Part shown: piece by piece, positions 37,019-48,800 of the stretch
Numbering within the stretch: position 1 is the first letter of the stretch
Layout: the number at the start of each line of letters is the position of its first letter
Source: Selaginella moellendorffii
Lineage: Eukaryota > Plantae > Lycopodiophyta
DNA: 64,000 bases
Assembly (NCBI RefSeq): GCF_000143415.4
Contig: NW_003314287.1
Coordinates: 1,076,203-1,140,202 of the forward strand
Direction of reading: 5' to 3'
The notes under the pieces: model-generated
Databases searched by the model: none
Told to the model about the DNA's origin: nothing
What the model saw: the letters and a program-made list of their open reading frames with translations, nothing else
Made by a program: the position numbers and the translations under genes

Positions 37019-40000
37019 TGTGAGGTCCAAGTGTACAACTATGATGCTGTATACTAATATTAATGTAATGGGATTTTGGTAGCTTTCAGATTGGTTTCAA
37101 TCCGGACCACTTGCTCCTACATATAAATTAGGGTTTTTGGGCTAATTGATATATACATTTTTTATATTCCCTTTCCATACTCCATGCACTCACATTGGTG
37201 GAGGAGAGGGGCACCCTTGATTGTCCATAAGGAGTGGTTGAATTTGGGATTTTGGTTTAGATTTAACTTTTGCATTATCTAAATCTAATTTTTTCCATTT
37301 CTTTTCTTTTGTTCTTTCCTTTTAGGATTTTGGTTTAAATAGATCTCCCTTTCTTTCTAACTGTTTTTCATTTCTTTTCTTTTACTCTTTCCTTTTCATC
37401 TATCTTCATGGCAGATTAGCAGTCTCTTCCTCCTTTGACTTTGGAGCAACAATTGGTGCAATTGTTTAATGCTATGTGATTTCAATTGAACGACCAAACT
37501 CAGTTGATGGTGGCATTTACGATATGTGGTATAGCTCCTCTTGCTTTTGGTGCTAATCCTCGCGTTTGGCCAAAGTTCTTTCACGGGAATCCTAGGGATG
37601 ATGTGTACTATTGGTTCAATCACTTCATGGTGATTGCCACATATCATTCTTGGGATGATGCTCAACGTTTACGTGAGTTTCCCACATGTTTCCAAGGGAT
37701 AGTGTTGCAGTGGTATAATGGTTTGAGTGCAACCACTCGTGGGGATTGGAGTGTTCTCCCGAATGTCTTCAAACATGCATTCGGATATGCCGATGATTGT
37801 GATAATGCTTTTTAATAATTGCATCATTTTCATCAAGGGCCATTTGAGTCGGTAATGCAATTTAGCATTCATTTCCGAAGCCTCTTGTTTCATGTAAAGC
37901 CAAATATATTAGAGCGGATCAAGCTAAGAATGTTGTGGCTAGCCTTTTGTCAAGATTTTGTTGGATTTATGCATGCACTTGCTTTAGCCACCTTTGATAA
38001 TATTCTTCACTTGGCATAACGTTATAAGACATCACTTTTTCCACTTCATATTGTATGTCTTTCAGCTCCACTTTCTATGGGTGATGGTCCTGTTCTAATG
38101 GAGGTTGATGTTGCTGCTACTCGAGTCCAAGGACAAGGGTGAGAACATGATCATGGCCGTGATGTTTGTTGCTGGGCGTGTGATGAAGTTGGTCACACTT
38201 ATTGGTGTTATCGGTGTTTTCTAGGTTGGCAACCACCATTTTCTGGATGGAGACCTTGGCTTCAACAACGTCCTGTTGGTGTTGCTGCAGTGGAAGGTCT
38301 GCACATCAAGATGCATTCGAGAAACAAGGAGTCATGTGAGTAATGGAGGGACCTTGTGCGAATAAGTCAATGACCCCTCTATTTTTTTTTCGGGAGTATC
38401 ATCAAGGGGTTCACTTGGCACCAATTCTTCTAGTGTTTACTTTCCAAGCTCGTATTTATAACAAATGGTCTTTTATTATTCTCTCCATATTGGTTGATAT
38501 AAGTTTAAGTTTATCTTCTATTGCTTGACCTATTGCTACATGTTGCTTACACTTGTTGTTGTGTAGTAGAGCCAGTTTCATTCTTTATGGCAATGGCCGT
38601 ACACATGCATGTGCACGGGATGAGGCGGACCTAGTTGTGCATGTGGCAATCTTGAGCTTGGGTTGCAGTCATTGCGGGTGGTGTTAAGTCAAACTTTTGA
38701 CCTCATCCTTGGTATAAATTAGTTGCAACGTAATCATGCCAAGTGTGACTTTGAGGTTTTGCCCCTCGTCTTATGCTTCCTTATATTTCATCCATTCCTA
38801 TCGCTTTCGTACCTTTTCGTTGCTTTTGTTGTACCTTTGCTTCTATTATTTTTGTCCCTCCAGTACTTCCTCCTATGTTTTCGTCTTGTTCCGCTCTTCT
38901 CTTTTTCAATCCCTTTGTCAGTCTTTGTGTTGCAACGGTTAACCGGCTCATAAAGGAGTATTCCTATCTCTTTGAATTTGACCTATCGTCTAGAGCCAAG
39001 ATTGTCACACGTCATCCGATTTCAACTGGGGATGCTTGTCCAATCAACGTTCTTGTTCATTGTTAGTCACCCAAAGAGATCAAGATTTTATATACAAACA
39101 TAAAGGAGATGTTGGAGAAAGGTGTTATTCAGAAGTCGTAGAGTCCTTGGGCATGTGAACCTTATCTTGTGATGAAGCCTGATAGGAGTATTCATTTCTG
39201 CATCGACTATTATTTGTTAAACAAAGTGACGATCCCGGATGTGTACCATCTTCCTCACACTACTCATCTCTTAGATCGTCTGGGGAGAAGTCGTTAGTTC
39301 ACCAAGCTATATCTTACTTCTGGGTATTGGTAAGTACAATGGCCGAAGAAGATATTCTTAAGACTGTTTCTCATACACCATTTGATTTGTACGAGTTCTT
39401 GGTGATGCCATTTGGTTTAAACAATGCTCCAGCAACTTTCTAGCAGATGATGGATAAAGTTCTTTGCGCTATACTGAAGGTGACTACTAACTTCATTGAT
39501 GATGTCTTGATCCACTCAGAGGGGATGTGGGAGGAGCATGTTCGTGATGTTTGTAAAGTGTTGGATTGGCTATGGGACGTTGGTTTAAAGTTGAAGCGGT
39601 CGAAGTGCATGTTTAACTTATCTTGAGTACTGTATTTTTCGTGAGGGTTTGCAAGTTGATCCTGACAAACTTATGGCTGTTTTAACGTTCCCTACTCCAA
39701 AGTGTGTAAATGATGTGCAACCTTCCTGGGCAATGTGCAATATTTCAATTGTTTTATGGATCATCTTTTTGATTGCATTGTACCGTTGTGAGCATTGCTA
39801 AAGTCATCAATATCTTCTTTCATCTAATCTCTGGATTGTGAGCAGGCTTTCATGGATCTCAAAGAGTTATTGACGACTCCTCTGGTGTTGGCATATCCTG
39901 ACTACATTCAAACTTTTATTTTGCACGTAGACGCTTCTGATATTAGTTTTGGAAGTGTGTTGATGCAATAGAGCTCAAATGTGTCTGGTCAGCACCATCC

Positions 40001-42015
40001 CATTGCACATATAAACCATATATTACAACTAGTGGAAGTGAATTACTCCACGATAGTCTAGTGAGCCAGGATGAAGAAGCTCCATCAAAATCTTCGTTTA
40101 GCTTCCAGATAATAGGGTTTCTCACCTGAAAAAGCCACAGAACCAAATATAAACCTAGAGAAAGAGTGTTTAGCAACAGTTTGGGGTTTCGAGAAACTTT
40201 ATGCATATTTACATGATTTTTGGATGTTACTAAAAGGTGATCATGTTGTCTTATTGAAGTGAAAGAACTTAGTTGGTCGTATTGCTCGGTGGACTTTGAA
40301 GTTTCAAATATATAATTTTGATGTTATTCATCATCTAGGGAGTTCTATGGCTAATGTTGATACCCTTTCTCAAGCTCCTCTTTTTTCTTCACTCTCTTCT
40401 CATGTTTTGATGAGCTTCTTGTTCCAACATTTGTGGATTTTCTAGACAAGAATTCTATGCCGTCAATAGTTGTTGTACTTGACATTCAATGTCCACAAGG
40501 TGCAAAGAAAGATCTACCTTCTCTTGATGAGGTTTGTGAGGCTCAAAAGATTGAGCCATGGATTCGAAGGCTTTGAGGTGGGTTTGAAAATCTTGCATCA
40601 CTTACTGATAACTTGCTATTTTGGCATTTACATTATCACCTTGAATATGGCCTTCTTTATTTTGTGAGGACGGATCCTGATGATCATTTATGGCTAGTGG
40701 TGCCTTCTGTCTTTATTCCACGGTTTCACTATGCCTACCATGATTCTTTTGTTCTAGGTGGGTATATAGGACATTGTTATGTGACCAAGAAGTTGCGTAG
40801 GTCTTTTTATTGGCCAGAGATGTGACATGATATTATTTAGTATATGCGTAGTTGCATTTTGTGCCAAGCTTGTAATACTCCCCCTTGTGCCGCGAAAGGA
40901 CAGTTGGAGTCAATTGCAGTTTCCTGTTCATTTAAGTTAGTGGTGTTTGAGCTCATAGGACCTTTTCCACAGTCGATTGGTGGCAATGAATATGTTATTA
41001 TTGCTTCTGATTATTTGATTTGTTGGGTGGAAGTTGATGCTCTTGTTAGTGTCTTTACAACTACTGTTGGATACTTCCTTTTCAATCGAGTGGTGTTTCA
41101 ACATTTTTGTCCGGAGTGGATTTTTTCGGATAATGGTCTTACATTTATGGCTAAAGCATTTCATGTTTTGACATCTCGATTGGGGATATGCCACACTTTC
41201 ACAAGTGCTTATCATCTATAGTCAAATGGTTTGGTGGAACAGCTCATTCGGATATTCAAAGGAATGATCACAAAGTATGTGAACTTTTAGCATTTGGATT
41301 GGGATGGTTATTTGTCGTCTTTTCGGTATGCATATGTCACAAGGGTATAGAGTTCTATTGGTGCTTCACCATATAAACTCCTATATGGTCATAATCCAAT
41401 ATTATCAACAGAGTTGAGTTTACCTTTGCGATTGCCACGAGCTGCCAATATTAAGTCATGGGATTAGTATTTGACGAATTCTTTCACTTGTTCAAGTAGA
41501 GTCTACTGAACACTTAGGCTGCGTACAAGTGAGACAACAACGATACTACAACTCTCATCATTGTCCACTTGTGAAGTACAAAGTGGATGACTTGGTGTTA
41601 GTCTATTTTTTCTATCTTACGGTATATGGTTTATCTAAAGGGCTCCTTGCTTAGTGGAAAGGACTATATTGAGTGTTCTAGCAAGTTGGATAATAAGTTT
41701 ATGAGGTTTAATATGACATTTAATAGGCTGATCCTTCAAAAATTGTGCATGTGTATTAGTTGAAACACTTCATACAAAGGGATCAAAAATAATTGATACC
41801 ACCTACAGATCTACCAATATCTCCTTCTAATATTCTTCTAGATCCCAACCCATCTATAAGAGAACCCTAATGGTCTTTTATTATTTCGAGAGGAGGGGAT
41901 GAGTGTAGAATTATGATACTATATACTAATATTAAAATAGTGACTCGCTCTTATATATAAACTAGGGTTTTTAGGCTAATTGATATGCACATTTTTTATA
42001 TTCCACGCACTCACA
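37019..42015 (+). mobile_element. Older, heavily mutated second copy of the short-LTR Gypsy family
   Basis: Collinear with 1013-5971. 5' LTR 37019-37194, PBS TGGTGGAG, PPT 41888-41902, deleted 3' LTR ending at 42015, TSD GAAT/GAGT. Confidence 0.93.
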
Positions 42016-43830
42016 GAGTAAAACTACAAATTAGTGATATCCCTTTTTGGTAGCCAAAACTTTACCACCTCATATTACATTCAATGTAATATTTTTGGAT
42101 TTTTTTGTCATTTTTGTCATTTATATATTGCTTGTTGCATTATTTTATAAGAAAAGTTCAAATCCTAGATCACTGACCAGTGGCTTGGCATCACAGATAG
42201 AATCACTTTTGTGGCACCCTAAACCTGAGTGCCACTTGCTGCCACAGATGCCATTGGATCGACACTAGGAAGCCACCCTGCACAACTAGTCACAGACAAA
42301 CATGACACTTTCTAGGATTTGTGCAAATCTAAATTGCACAATAGAGCCAAAGGGTTAGCAATCCACTCTAGATATAAAAGCAAATCCACAAATATTTTGC
42401 ACAAACAAAGCCATGAATGCTACTATGTACCATGCCATTTCTAAAGACAATTGCGGCCTATGGAGTGAACCCAGTGAACCGCTTCACCTCACCGGCTTTG
42501 CAAGGCAGAGTGATCCAGTTTCTACAGCCGAACATCCGCTTTGCAGTCAGCACTCAAATCAAGCTTGAAGAAGTTTGGGCAGAGCATCAGAATCTATTGC
42601 CAGAGTTTCCCCAAGAGAAATTATTGCGCAACACAATCGTTTAACTGTTAAACTGATTGTTGCTTCCGTACCATATGATGAACGATTGGAGCATGTGATT
42701 GTATTTTAACCCCAGATTCGTTTTGGCAGAGAATGATATGCCCCTCATGGGGAAAAAAAATCTTTGTACGCATTCCCTTTTCAATGATGGAAAACGAGCC
42801 TTGGAGAACGTGAGCTGTATCCCAAAAGCACCGGCTCTGAATGCTTGGCAAAGATTCTTTGCTTGGACAACCGGGATCGATGGTTTTCTTTCTTTGTTTT
42901 TCCAGCTTGCATTCTAAACGTGACGGCACCAAAGAGCGACGTATGGATTGTATGGAAAATACAAACACACGAACCTTCTATGAAGCTCTTTAGCAAGTTC
43001 GCGTCGGGAGCTCCATAGCGACGCGTGGTGGAAACAACAGCACCGCTCAACTTGGTCACGAAACCTCCAAAGATTCACCGATCGTCTCCCTCGTTGGAAA
43101 GCAAGTAGTCTGGATTGGAGCCAGATCCACTTTGTGTTCTTCAAGAGAGCTTTTTTCAACATTAGTCACCTAGACAGAGACAAGATCCATAAACAAACCG
43201 AAGATGGAGAAAAAAAACTTACACGTAGAATCTAGCATGTTGCATCTGGTCTTCTATCCTCTGCTAGAGCTACACAGCATCGCAAACCAAAAACTCTGGG
43301 TCACGTCCTCCATGGTCTTGGTCAGCACGAGGGAGAGGGTCAGAACGAAAAACTCCTGTTTCCCGAGGAGCTAGGGATGATCTGCAAACCCGTGTGCATG
43401 AGACGCAGGAGCTCCTTGATCGCCTCGTTGTTTCCTTGTAAGCCTCTAGAACCGACTCGGCCCTGCTAAACAGCGCGTTCGCCAGCGCCACTGGCAATTC
43501 CCCGTCCTGGCCAGCATCTAATTGAGCTAGAATTGGCTAGAGCCGCTCGCAAAATCCCACAAAGCTCCGGCACACTCGCACTTGAACAGCATTCCCAGCA
43601 CTGTGCTGGAAATCCTGTCGATCTGATCAAGAACATGGCCCAGACACTCCATCGCCAATCAGTCGATTGCCACCTCTGTGCGAGTGCCATCTCTGCTATC
43701 AGGGCCTACCATGTCATAAGCGCAAGCCATGTTAGAGGAAAGAGAGGAACGAGCGCGGCATCTGCCACATAGGAGAGAGAAATGAAACTCACGGAGGTTT
43801 AAACGGAGGCCTCTTACTAAAGCAAGAAAG

Positions 43831-43865
43831 GTCTAGGCGACCTGGGTTCAATCCCAGAAATGGAG
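43831..43865 (+). pseudogene. tRNA-Glu pseudogene (3' half only)
   Basis: GTCTAGGCGACCTGGGTTCAATCCCAGAAATGGAG lies in the same flanking context (TAAAGCAAGAAAG..CTTT) as the tRNA at 9483. Confidence 0.7.
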
Positions 43866-43884
43866 CTTTAAAGTTCAAATGTGG

Positions 43885-44050
43885 ATACAATTATCCCACG
43901 TGGAGTTTGAAAGGAATACAATTATCCCACGTGGAGTATGAAAGGAATACAGTTATCCCATGTGAAGTTTGAAATAAATAGTCCGTTCTGTGGCAACTAC
44001 AGCATGCTATAAAGCAATTATCCCACGTGGAGTTTGAAATAGTCCGTTCT
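43885..44050 (+). promoter_or_regulatory. Tandem ~31-bp repeats carrying G-boxes upstream of the MTPSL gene
   Basis: Unit CAATTATCCCACGTGGAGTTTGAAA; CACGTG at 43897, 43928 and 44024, CATGTG at 43959; TATAAA at 44152. Confidence 0.75.
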
Positions 44051-44228
44051 AGGATAACAACTTAGCAAGCATTATGGCATGTTTTGTGGTACAGCTGCCA
44101 GATGGAGGTAGTACTGTATGTTTTGCATACATACATACATGATTCTTTGATTATAAATGCCAAATGCTTGAGTTTAGGAAATCTTACTTTATTTACATAT
44201 TTACCTTTAGTTCTAAAGCTAAGGTAAA

Positions 44229-45290
44229 ATGGAGTTTCTCTTGGGAAAGATTGTCCCTCGTTTCGAGTTGCCTCTTCTTCCAAACAACATCCCCTGTGCT
44301 TGCCACCCGGATTCCTCCTCTCTTAGCCAGGAACTCGATGAATGGTTCATTTCCAAGTTAGGCATCACGGACGAGAGCACCAAGAAGAAGATCGTCCAGT
44401 CGAGAATCATGATCTTTGCTTGCTTGATGCATCCCAATGGCGAGAGGGACAGAGTCCTCCTGGCAGGGAAGCATTTGTGGGTGTGCTTCTTGGTGGATGA
44501 CATCCTCGAGTCAAGCACCAGGGAAGCCTATGGCAGCCTCAAATCCATCGTCTGGAGCATTGCCACCACTGGAATCTACAAAGCATCCAACGAGGAGCAT
44601 GATCATTGTCTCGTGCTGCTGCTCTACCAGGAAGTTTTGGCGGAACTCCGCAAGAAAATGCCCAGTTCTTTATTCACTCGCTATTGCAAGATCCTCTCAA
44701 GCTACCTGGATGGCGTCGAGGAGGAGGTCAAACACCAGGTGAAGAACACGATCCCGAGCAGCGAGGAGTATCGGCTCCTTCGCCGCCGCACTGGATTCAT
44801 GGAGGTGATGGCGTGCATCATGACCGAGTTCTGCGTTGGAATCAAGCTCGAGGAGTCGGTTGTAAACTTGGGAGAGATCCGTGAGCTCGTCAAGGTCATG
44901 GACGACCACATTGTCATGGTGAACGACCTCCTGTCACTTCGCAAGGAGTATTACAGCAGCACCATTTGCCATAACTGGGTGTTTGTTTTGCTTGCGGATG
45001 GCTGTGGCACTTTTCAGGAGAGTGTGGATCATGTTTGCGAGATGATTAAGCAGGAGGAGGGTTCGATTCTGGATTTGCAGCAGAAACTTATTATCAAGGC
45101 AAAGGTGGACAAGAATCCGGAGCTTCTCACATTTGCATGTAATGTTCCAATGGCAGTTGCTGGTCATCTAAAGTGGTCTTTCATTACCGCTCGTTACCAT
45201 GGGTGTGACAATGCTTTGCTCAATGGTGAGTTGTTTTATGGAACTTGGCTCATGGACCCCAATCAAACAATAATCCAGAAAAACATATAG
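44229..45290 (+). CDS. MTPSL: Microbial terpene synthase-like protein (class I, alpha-domain only), intronless
   Basis: 353-aa ORF with Asp-rich DDILE, RRRTG sensor region, [15 protein letters not shown] and C-terminal WxxxxxRY (WSFITARY). Resembles Selaginella MTPSLs; the exact member is not confirmed. Confidence 0.92.
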   Translation: MEFLLGKIVPRFELPLLPNNIPCACHPDSSSLSQELDEWFISKLGITDESTKKKIVQSRIMIFACLMHPNGERDRVLLAGKHLWVCFLVDDILESSTREAYGSLKSIVWSIATTGIYKASNEEHDHCLVLLLYQEVLAELRKKMPSSLFTRYCKILSSYLDGVEEEVKHQVKNTIPSSEEYRLLRRRTGFMEVMACIMTEFCVGIKLEESVVNLGEIRELVKVMDDHIVMVNDLLSLRKEYYSSTICHNWVFVLLADGCGTFQESVDHVCEMIKQEEGSILDLQQKLIIKAKVDKNPELLTFACNVPMAVAGHLKWSFITARYHGCDNALLNGELFYGTWLMDPNQTIIQKNI

Positions 45291-45373
45291 TTTTTATCGT
45301 GGAATTTTTGGTAACGTGCAACTCAATAATGCAACAAATAAGTTCTCTGTTTTAATTATTTATTCTAATAATT

Positions 45374-45411
45374 CTCAGTTGGTTAGAGCACCCGTTTAGT
45401 AAGTGAAAGCA
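45374..45411 (+). pseudogene. tRNA-Thr(AGT) remnant
   Basis: CTCAGTTGGTTAGAGCACCCGTTTAGTAAG (D arm and anticodon loop of plant tRNA-Thr AGT) is joined directly to the GAAAGCA acceptor end; the T arm is deleted. Confidence 0.7.
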
Positions 45412-45831
45412 AGAAAGTTAAACGTTGCACCTCTTAGCGAGCTCTCTTTCATGCCACCAGCTTGACGATCTCCGGTTCGCGCGCCCCAGAAAATCGATCA
45501 AGCTTTACTGGTCAATCCATTCCCAAACTAGCTCTGCATCTCCTCAAAGATTTCCCAGGCCTTGTCAAGCAGCCAGGCTCGGCTGAAAGCGATTTGCAGC
45601 GATAGGAAAGTGATTGTGTTTGGACGAACTCCATCCCCTCCAAGCCTTTTTTCCCCTCAAGACTAGCATTGCATTCCCTGCACCATCTTAGCCCCCTCTA
45701 ATTATAAGTCATATTCCAATCCAATTTTTTATAGCAATTTTTTTGTTTTTTTTTTCTCCGAGCCACCAAGCCAAGTATCCCGGCATTCATGAGAACAACA
45801 AATACCTAAGACATACAGATCAAAGAAACTA

Positions 45832-48800
45832 CTAGTTTTTAAGGCTCGCGCTCCTTGGAGTAAAATAGCCAAGTAGAGATTGCTGCTGCTTGCCACTAGT
45901 GGGAGGGCTCACTCGCTTTCTCGCTTTGGAAGACGAAACAACGGGTGCTTTGTTCTCCTGTAAATAGGGAAAATAAAAGAGAGACATTAGAACACGACTT
46001 TGTGATGGTTTCCATCCCATCTCACCTTGTCTCCGATGGATTCGTTTGGATTGGGAGCTTTTACCGGCTTGGGCACCTAGAACAATCACTCCACGGTGAA
46101 TTAATCGATAAAAATTTAGCAACTGTTACCTTGGCGACGTTCCTCGGAAGAGGACTGAGACGTATCCTCTTGGAGGTCTTGCTACCAACGTCCGCGCTCG
46201 GTGACGGGTCAGTGATGATGTCCGCACACGGCTCAATGTCATCTGGCCTCTCGGAAAAGATTCTCTTGTGCCGGTTTGATTGCTTCAAAACCGGAGACTC
46301 CTGGACACTCGTGAGCGCTTGACTGACTATAGCCTTCTCCGTGTTCCTACTGGAATGGACCGTTAGCCAGACAGTTTTACGATTGAATGAAGAAAACTCG
46401 CCTCTCACTTGGCGTGTCTTCTAGTATCCTAACAAGTCTTTTCACTCGTCCCGCGAGGACGGCGTCCGAAGGATACTGCAAAAAAATTATTAGACACTGT
46501 AGTACTAAGAAAAGCGAGACGCACCTCATCTATCATCGAAGCGAAGCAGAGAGAAGCATCAGCCCTGCAAGAATTAGTACACAAAAAACAAAAACAAAAT
46601 GGACGGTGAAATCAGTATCAAACTATAGACGTTATAGGAACCTTATTGATTTGAACGCCTTGTGTCCATGCATATGCACGCCTTTTAGCAAATCCAAGTC
46701 TTCAGCTTCACCCCACCACGTAGGAAGTTTTTTCGACCTGAATATACGTAAGCTTACGAACGAAAACTCGGTGCCTGGTACCTGGGCAGTCCTAGCCATA
46801 AGTTGTCCAGCTTTAGAGCCTTCGCAATAGCTTGACGTTCACGAACAATCTCCAAATACCTGCAGGAATTCCATAAGTCAGAGTAACGGTAAATAATGTC
46901 TTACTTCGTGGCATTTTTTTCCAGTCGTTGCATGAATGCGGGAGAGTTGAGGGCTTTCTCAGCCTTGGGTGGTAAAACTGGAGGCACAATGATAGAATCC
47001 GGCTTTGCGCTTTTCATCACCGCATAGTGGCACAGCTCAATAATCGCCTGAGTAACTTCTTCTACTTCCAGTGAGTCACGATCTTTAAACAGCTCGTCTC
47101 CTGAATCATTAAGAATTTGAAGTGAAGGTATGAACAAATAGAGCGGGCCAACTTACTCTGAGGTGTCCCATACATTAAAATGGAAAGCTCAACGCGTTGC
47201 ACTTCTTGAACACTCCAGGTTCGATTTTGGTCTCCATCACTGTTGCTCTGATCGTCGTCACTCCTACTGTGATCGTCATCGTCATCACTCGAGTTCTCGG
47301 TCTTTTCCGCGTAGTTTACTCTTTTTCTCCGAGGACCTTCGAAGCTGATGCTTTCTACATCTTCCTTCACCTCATATGCTTCTGGCATAAGATTTTTCCA
47401 AAACTCTTCGGCTCCCACATTGCTGAAGTCCGGACTAGGATCAGCAGTTGCATTGTCAAGCGAAACAAAGGTGGCAACCGAGAAAGTATTGTTTCCTCGC
47501 CTGAAATAGACAGACATTATGCTTTAGCCGAAAGAATGTTGTATTCTCACCCTCCAATTGTTCTTTTCTGTGTCCTCTGTTGTAGGATTTGGTCTATATC
47601 CTCAGCACGAAAAGCTGCAGCATCCTCCTCCCCGTCCTCCTGCAAGTACTTTACTTGCAGCAGCTACACGAAGCTTGTACGATACCTTCAAAACATATGC
47701 ACCATGCCTTAAAAGGCTCTCGATGTTTTTAGTAAAATCAGGTTGGTCCTCTGCGAATCTCCCCAATACAGCCTCGTCCAGCCCATACTTCCGTGAAGAA
47801 CACTCGAACAAGTGTTGCTCGTAGGTGTTTCGTGTTATCAAACGATAAATCCTGACGTCTTTCGTTTGACCGATTCTACAATAACAACATGGATGACTTA
47901 GCAAAGGTTTAACGTTATGAGTACCTGTGACACCGTGCCATCGCTTGAAGATCATTTTGAGGATTCCAGTCTGAATCATAAATTATGCATGTATCCGCCT
48001 ACAAAAAACCGCAAATGTTTATTTTGAATCAGCAAGAAAAAGGCTGACTTACAGCTGTGAGAGTGATCCCCAATCCCCCAGCGCGAGTGCTCAATAAAAA
48101 GGCAAAGGTCTTACAATCGTTCGCAGAATACCGATCGATAGCTGCCTGCTTGAACAGGTCCCAGTTAAGGATGCTGAAAGCAATTGTTTAAGATCTTACC
48201 TGTCGTTCGGAACCCCGAATCTTCCCGTCAATCCTCTCAAACGTGTACCCTTCAGAAGAGAGATAATCTTCTAGAATATCCAGCATGATTGTAAACTATC
48301 ATTCAGTACAAAAACAAGTCAAACGATAGAAGCTCCAGGATAAAAACCTGAGAGAAGATGAGAACGCGGCGATTTGAATCTCGCAACATTGGCAGAAGTT
48401 TGTTCAAAAGAACCATTTTCCCAGAACTTTGAACCAGATTCGAAACACTCGAGGCCTTCAAAATTAAGGGATGAGACAAGTAAAGAGCAATAGAAGAACC
48501 TCACATTTGCATGCTTGGAAGCAAAATCCTCTTCAAGCCCATCACATAGGAACGGGTGATTACAAAGCTTGCGAAGTTCCATAGCCTGAAAGAGCGTATC
48601 GGAATTAGACAAATTTCATGGAGAACGGTACCATATTCCGCAGGTTCGGCATATTACTAGGTTGAGTCCCTTTAATTAAATCAGATATTCTATTCTCGTA
48701 AAGCGCCCTGTAGTACGCTCGTTGATCTTTGGTCAGTTCCACCCAAATAATAGTCTGAAGAACATAAAACTTTAGACATGAATAACAATCGCCATACAGT

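Noticed and set aside
42160-42320. 10-bp inverted repeat AAATCCTAGA/TCTAGGATTT as MITE termini
   Set aside because: Single occurrence and no convincing TSD.
43885-44050. 31-bp periodic repeats as a CRISPR array
   Set aside because: Units are directly adjacent without unique spacers, the context is eukaryotic, and there are no cas genes.
10523-45290. A terpene biosynthetic gene cluster (phosphatase + MTPSL)
   Set aside because: No P450, prenyltransferase or other tailoring genes were seen. Linking the histidine-phosphatase gene to terpene metabolism rests on proximity only.
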